From the NCBI GenBank assembly GCA_963422735.1, contig OY730476.1, positions 1,888,001-1,952,000 on the forward strand: a stretch of DNA of 64,000 nucleotides, in the 5' to 3' direction. Shown here one piece after another: positions 59,194 to 64,000 of the stretch. The notes under the pieces are model-generated. The model was not told the origin of the DNA. It saw only the letters and a list, made by a program, of their open reading frames with translations, and did no database searches. Position numbers and translations under genes: made by a program. Each line of letters starts with the position of its first letter. The first letter of the stretch is position 1. The stretch is from Candidatus Latescibacterota bacterium (GTDB lineage Bacteria > Latescibacterota > UBA2968 > UBA8231).

Positions 59194-59222
59194 AGTATAG
59201 CCCTGATTTGACCTACACACAA
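59194..59222 (-). promoter_or_regulatory. Candidate sigma-70 promoter of the ECF sigma gene
   Basis: TTGTGT-17 nt-TATACT, paralogous to 37756-37784. Confidence 0.45.
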
Positions 59223-59399
59223 TCGCATTCGGGCGACCGCGTCGGGTGCCGGGTACTTGCTGGTATGCCTGCCCTCGATGAGTCGTAGCCCTTTATGGCC
59301 CAAGACTTTGAACCACATCACCCCCAAGGTGAAGACCGTCCCGGTCATGGCCCGTCCGTCGGGCACCCGACTTGTTATGGGGGCCTCTAGGAGCCATTA

Positions 59400-60230
59400 C
59401 TAGCAGAAAGCCCGGTACGCTTCCACCAGCTTGGTCGCCCCCTCCAATATCAGGTTGCGCTCATCTTCGGCCTCGAAGAACAAGGCCCCCTGTTCCACCC
59501 AGCACCGGGCCGCCTCTGGCCCCGAAGCCGTGGTGCCGAACGGGATTCCGTACTTTTTGCACAATTGTAAGACCTCTTTCATCGGGCCGCGCACATCCGG
59601 GTGATCCGGCTTTCCAGGCTGCCCCATTTCCACGGAAAAATCGCCCGGTCCGACATAGACCATGTCCACCCCCGGCGTCGAGACGATTTCCTCGGCCCGC
59701 TCGTAAGCCTGGCGCGTCTCTATATGCACCACGAGGGATATTTCCTCGTCCTGTTCCGCCATCCACGCCCGGTGGTCCGCGACTTTGCAATAGTCGCTGT
59801 TGCCGTACCCCGGCGCTGCAGCTCGGGTGCCCAAAGGGGGGAACTTGAGATAGCTGCGCAAGGTTTCGATGTCCTCTCTCGATTCCGTGCGCGGAAGCTG
59901 TAGGCCCACCACACCACACTCTAACAGCTTGGCCACTGCGGCCCGTTCTAGCTGCGGGGTTTTGGCAATGACCGGTAGGCCATTGTCGCGTGCAGCTTGC
60001 ACGGTATCGGCTAGGGCGGCTAAGTCAAAATAGCCGTGCTCAAACTCGATGTAGATAAAATCGCAGCCGGCCTGCTGAAAACACTTGACCAGCGACGGCC
60101 GCATATACTCGACAATCATGCCACCCACCAATACCTCCCCGCCTCGCAAACGGGCCTTGAGCTGGCGTCCAGGACCTCCTTCGGGATAGAGGTACGTATT
60201 GAGCGGTTTGTCGGCGGCAGACTTGGGCAT
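59400..60230 (-). CDS. HpcH/HpaI aldolase family protein
   Basis: GCDFIYIEFEH, KFPPLGTR, VHIET, YVGPGDF. Confidence 0.88.
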   Translation of the reverse strand: MPKSAADKPLNTYLYPEGGPGRQLKARLRGGEVLVGGMIVEYMRPSLVKCFQQAGCDFIYIEFEHGYFDLAALADTVQAARDNGLPVIAKTPQLERAAVAKLLECGVVGLQLPRTESREDIETLRSYLKFPPLGTRAAAPGYGNSDYCKVADHRAWMAEQDEEISLVVHIETRQAYERAEEIVSTPGVDMVYVGPGDFSVEMGQPGKPDHPDVRGPMKEVLQLCKKYGIPFGTTASGPEAARCWVEQGALFFEAEDERNLILEGATKLVEAYRAFC

Positions 60231-60299
60231 AGTCTATTTTCCTCTCTCCGCATCCACTTATGGACGCGGGATTAATAAAACATCGCGGCTAAGGCATCT

Positions 60300-61115
60300 T
60301 CAAACCGAGCGGTTATCCAGCGCATAGGCGCGGTTATCGCCGCCTATTTGCCAAGTGCCACGGAACAATGAGCGGCGCTTGGGCGGCATGGCCTCGATGA
60401 TCTCGTGGCTGAGGTTGAGCCGGTGCCATTGGGCCCATAGGGAATTGTAGCAATTGAATACGGCACAGCGCGGATTGTCCGAGTTGCGCCAATCGTTGGC
60501 TGCGTGTAGCAGGCTTTCGGTGAAGACAATCGCCGAGCCAGGCGGGCAATTATATTGGGCCATGGCCGCCCGCATGCGTTCCTCCCAAGGCGATTCGCCT
60601 ATATTGGGCCGGTTGGGATCGGGGCCGCCGTAGTTGAAATGGGCCTTGTGCGAGCCGGAAAGAAACGTGGTGCCCCCCTGGCCAGCTTTCACTTCTTCAA
60701 GCTCCCACACTACGCGCGTCAGCCCGGAAAATATCTTGTTCCCCGCCACTTGGTAGCGCATGGCGTTGGCCTGTTGCGGGGGCCGCACCACATGCGGCAG
60801 GCCGGTGCCATTGTCGGTGCTTTTCCAGCCGACCTGCCGCACTGTGGTAAAGGAATTTTCGCAGCGGAAGCTATAGTACCCGTCCCCGATGTACGGCTCT
60901 TCAGCGAGGATCTCGGTGAGGATGCCGACCACCGCCGGATGGTCCAAAAGTTCCTGCAAGGCACCTTGGTAGCCCTGGCGGGCGCCGCCGTACACTTCGG
61001 CCTTCATCGCTGCGATTTTCGCCTCAGACAGCACCGAGGGCAACAGAATCCAGCCTTGGAGGTCGAAAAAAAACTTCTGCTCTTCGGTCATGGGCACTGC
61101 ACTGTGCTCACTCAT
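60300..61115 (-). CDS. Phytanoyl-CoA dioxygenase-like protein
   Basis: QKFFFDLQGWILLPSVL, WELEEV..GGTTFLSGSHK, GSAIVFTESLLH. Confidence 0.8.
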   Translation of the reverse strand: MSEHSAVPMTEEQKFFFDLQGWILLPSVLSEAKIAAMKAEVYGGARQGYQGALQELLDHPAVVGILTEILAEEPYIGDGYYSFRCENSFTTVRQVGWKSTDNGTGLPHVVRPPQQANAMRYQVAGNKIFSGLTRVVWELEEVKAGQGGTTFLSGSHKAHFNYGGPDPNRPNIGESPWEERMRAAMAQYNCPPGSAIVFTESLLHAANDWRNSDNPRCAVFNCYNSLWAQWHRLNLSHEIIEAMPPKRRSLFRGTWQIGGDNRAYALDNRSV

Positions 61116-61146
61116 GGCGTTCTCCTTGTCAATTCTTTAAACCTGC

Positions 61147-61630
61147 TTAGTCCGCGCAATCGGCTCGGGGGAGATGCTCTGTTCCCGGGCCCATTCGACC
61201 AAGCCGTGGCTCGACTGCTTGCCAATATCATCGATTTGGCCCCGGTTGGACGAGATTCATATTATCCCGTAGCCCTCCCATCCAGCGATAGCTGTAGCCC
61301 ATTATGACCACCTTCGATGTGCGCTGGCTTAAATTGGGTGCTGTCGCGTGGAAGACGCGGTTCTCAAATAAAAAGGCGTCGCCAGCGCTGAGACACAAAT
61401 CCACCGGCTTGTCGCAATCCAAGCACAAGCCGAGGAGATGCCCGTCCTCGCGGCAGCGACGGCCGTCTTTGTAGGTAATTTGATGCCAGACCGTCTCGCC
61501 ATCCGCGGCGTAAAAAGCCCAAGTGCCCGTCTTGCGCCCGTCTGTGCTCTTGCCGCGATATTCGTTGAATTGTCCGGTCTGTTTCCGTTTGCCGTTTTTG
61601 CGCTCGACGTCTTCGAGGTGACTGGCCATG
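61147..61630 (-). pseudogene. Chimeric remnant: MORN-like fragment joined to a PhyH C-terminal fragment
   Basis: DGRKTGTWAFYAADG...ITYKDG followed by LSAGDAFLFENRVFHATAPNLSQRTSKVVIMGYSYRW. Confidence 0.55.
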
Positions 61631-61742
61631 ATCTTCTCCGTACTAAACGCCGCCGTCTTTCTGTTTAAAAACCGCGTACTAGGTGGTAATCTACATAGCC
61701 AACCTTTAGGATCAAAAACCTCCATCGCCGGCGTCGGATTCT

Positions 61743-62600
61743 TCAAGTAACGGCGCATTCATAAGGCCCCAAGTCCGGGTCGGTGTTGTGAACGCCGCGA
61801 TAAGTGCTCTTGCCCCGCAGGTAATGCACCTCCAGTTCCACGTCCCGCACATAGATGAGCGGCGTAGCCTCTGGCTCGCGCTCGTGCAGAGTGCCCTCCG
61901 CGACGTTGGTTCCCCGCGAGCCTCGTCCAGCCGGAAGACAAACCAGTAGCTCGAATGCGAGCGGTAGCGCGGCGCGGTCATCTGATAGATGTGGTCGATT
62001 TTGCGCGTGAGATGCGCTGGCAACTCGTCGCCGTTCAGCTTGAAGCTGAGGCGATCTCGGTCGGTGGCGCACATCAGCCGTATCCGCAAGATAACCGCGT
62101 GAACTCGACCCGCTGCGCCCCAGAGCGGCAGATCTAAGGCTACGGGCTGGTCTAGCGACAGCGAGGCCGGTAGCTGCCCGGCTCGGTCTCTGGCTGTGCG
62201 GCTGAACGATCCGTGGGCGTAGGGATCGCGTAGATTTTGTCTTTGACCGCCATCACGTCCGGGTGCGGCAGTTCGCGGAGCTGTTCGTAGAAGGACGGGC
62301 CGTACGGCCAACTGCCGGCCCAATGTATCAAGTTCAACCCATCGGCGCTGCACTGACGCGGCTGGCTTGTGGGCAGCGCTCGCTCAGACACAAGGCGACG
62401 AATGGGTCCACCTCGCAGAGGCCCCTCTGTGGCAGGGCGCGGCGTCGCGAATGCGGGGTGAGCAAGACGCGGCTGCCGAGTTAGCTGAATTGATCGCTGA
62501 TCTTCGCGCTCAACGCAGAACAGCGCACAGCGCAGACGCGGGTGCAACCGCGCTGGTAGATAGGTGCGCGACCTGCTCCTCGCGCTCTGCGACGGAGCCT
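61743..62600 (-). pseudogene. Multiply frameshifted C-terminal remnant of a TIM-barrel plus beta-sandwich protein (glycoside hydrolase-like)
   Basis: Pieces in different frames: ADGLNLIHWAGSWPY..FYEQLRELPHPDVMAVKDKIY; LRIRL..DRLSFKLNG.ELP; GTNVAE..L..R..YVRDVELEVHY. Confidence 0.5.
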
Positions 62601-62887
62601 TTGAGCTGACGCTAGCGTTTGGCGAAGTGGCGGTGAGACACTGTGCGGATAGCGGATCGATCCGTCTTAGAAGATCGGAAGAGACACACCAGGCAATTGA
62701 ACCACGATCAATTCTTAAAGGAAGGGTTTCTCGTCCGAGCACTTGGCATTGCTACGCGCCGCGAGCGAGAAAATGGTTGAGCGCCGCCGAGTGAACTGTC
62801 CTCTACGTCTTCAACGAAATGCCAAGCGACCTCGATCTCAGCACCTTCATTGGCGGTTGGGTCAAGGGGCATAGTGAGGCAAGCCGC

Positions 62888-63784
62888 TCAGAGGGGATTT
62901 ATCAGCCCGATGGCATCCAAGACGGCACCGATCTTCTCCACCTCTTCGTCTGTGGCTGTGACCATGGGTGGGCGCAACCAGCGCGAGGCAATGCCGTTGA
63001 GTTCGAGCGCGGTGCGCCACACAGCCTGGCCGCCGCCTAGCACATCTGTGGCCACTCCCCAGAAGGGCTCTTCGATTTGGGTGATGATGGTCCGGGCCGT
63101 TTTGGCGTCGCCGTCTCGGAAAGCCCGCCAGTAGCTTTGTGCTACGTGGGGGGCAAACGAAGATGGATAGCAAAAAAAGGCGCGGACGCCGCAAGGCCAT
63201 TGTGCAAAATTGCGCCATAGCCCGCCGCCGGTCATGAACTTCCACCGATCACCATAGCGGTGCATGGTCGCCTTCGCGTATTCGAGTGTGCCGTCTTCTT
63301 TGAAGGCGCAGATGTTGGGCGCGTCAAGTAGCTCGTCGAGGATTTCATAGGAAGGACACCCCACCAACATCAGGGGCATGGCTTGGGCCACTTTGCGGTA
63401 TTGGATGACCTTGCCCTGCGGCTGGGCTTGTTCCGGCGGCAGCACCATCAGCACGTCGGCCCCCCAGCTACGGCAATACTCGGCGAATTGGACCGCCCGG
63501 TCGTCTGGCCAGCGCCGAGTAGCCGCTACAGCCAACGCCCGTCCGGCGACCCGGTCAACCAAAAAGCGGGTAAGCTGGGCGACCTCTTCATCGCTGAGGA
63601 ACTCGAACTGGCTGTCCCCATAGGTCAGCAAGCTGACCCTACTGCCGCTGGCGATGCCGATGTCGATTATGTGGCCGATGCCCTCCCAGTCTAGCTGGCC
63701 GTTGGGCAGAAAGGTGGTGGGAATGGAATTGACCGGACCCTCGAGTAAGTTCTTAATCTCGTCCGGCGTCTTAGCTGATGGCAT
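62888..63784 (-). CDS. Dihydrodipicolinate synthase (DapA-like) family class I aldolase/dehydratase
   Basis: SIPTTF..GQLDW, LSDEE, GADVLMVLPP, NICAFKED (Schiff-base Lys), LRPPM; the GTTG motif is replaced by TYGDS. Confidence 0.82.
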   Translation of the reverse strand: MPSAKTPDEIKNLLEGPVNSIPTTFLPNGQLDWEGIGHIIDIGIASGSRVSLLTYGDSQFEFLSDEEVAQLTRFLVDRVAGRALAVAATRRWPDDRAVQFAEYCRSWGADVLMVLPPEQAQPQGKVIQYRKVAQAMPLMLVGCPSYEILDELLDAPNICAFKEDGTLEYAKATMHRYGDRWKFMTGGGLWRNFAQWPCGVRAFFCYPSSFAPHVAQSYWRAFRDGDAKTARTIITQIEEPFWGVATDVLGGGQAVWRTALELNGIASRWLRPPMVTATDEEVEKIGAVLDAIGLINPL

Positions 63785-64000
63785 GGAGCGATCCTTTCGC
63801 GAATAAAGGTAGAGGAAAACCCCAGTATCCTCCAGCCTAATGCCTCCCAAGCAAACATTGCTCAAAGCACCGCGAGATGCCAGATTATGCACTGGCCTTG
63901 TGCCACTCTCGCAATACCACCCAACCGCCGCTGTTAGCTAAACATGAATGCCGATTCGCTTAAGATACAACCCCTACAAAAGCCACTCGACGCCGTGGTC

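Overview
GC-rich bacterial window with no rRNA, tRNA or CRISPR array found. The gene repertoire (several PhyH dioxygenases, Gfo/Idh/MocA oxidoreductases and HpcH aldolases, plus DUF6785-like and FlgD-Ig fragments) suggests a Latescibacterota/Poribacteria-like organism, which is inference only. The flanks (1-31 kb, 59.4-64 kb) hold metabolic genes (fhs, SDR, GMC oxidoreductase, aldolases, CLC, TrmH, an LpoB lipoprotein operon), two damaged toxin-antitoxin modules and many gene remnants. The main feature is a ~28 kb minus-strand region (31.3-59.3 kb) made of three paralogous cassettes. Each cassette encodes a small secreted Cys-rich peptide with a conserved leader, a variable core and a downstream stem-loop; one or two members of an unrecognised exported 'protein X' family (four paralogs, one carrying its own 4-Cys module); a pair of ABC-2-type permeases with variable extracytoplasmic loops; a DUF1573-type Ig-like protein (complete, frameshifted or truncated); and the start of a glycosyltransferase. 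The two outer cassettes each have a near-identical ECF sigma gene followed by a conserved ECF-type promoter. Single-copy genes in the middle encode an ABC ATPase, a TolC-like protein and a NEW3-like membrane protein (behind a consensus sigma-54 promoter), plus a probable glycosyltransferase-transglutaminase fusion, a GT2 and a TPR protein. This looks like a polymorphic, cassette-expanded peptide export/modification or sensing system. Its function is inferred, not shown, and all family calls are by eye without database searches.
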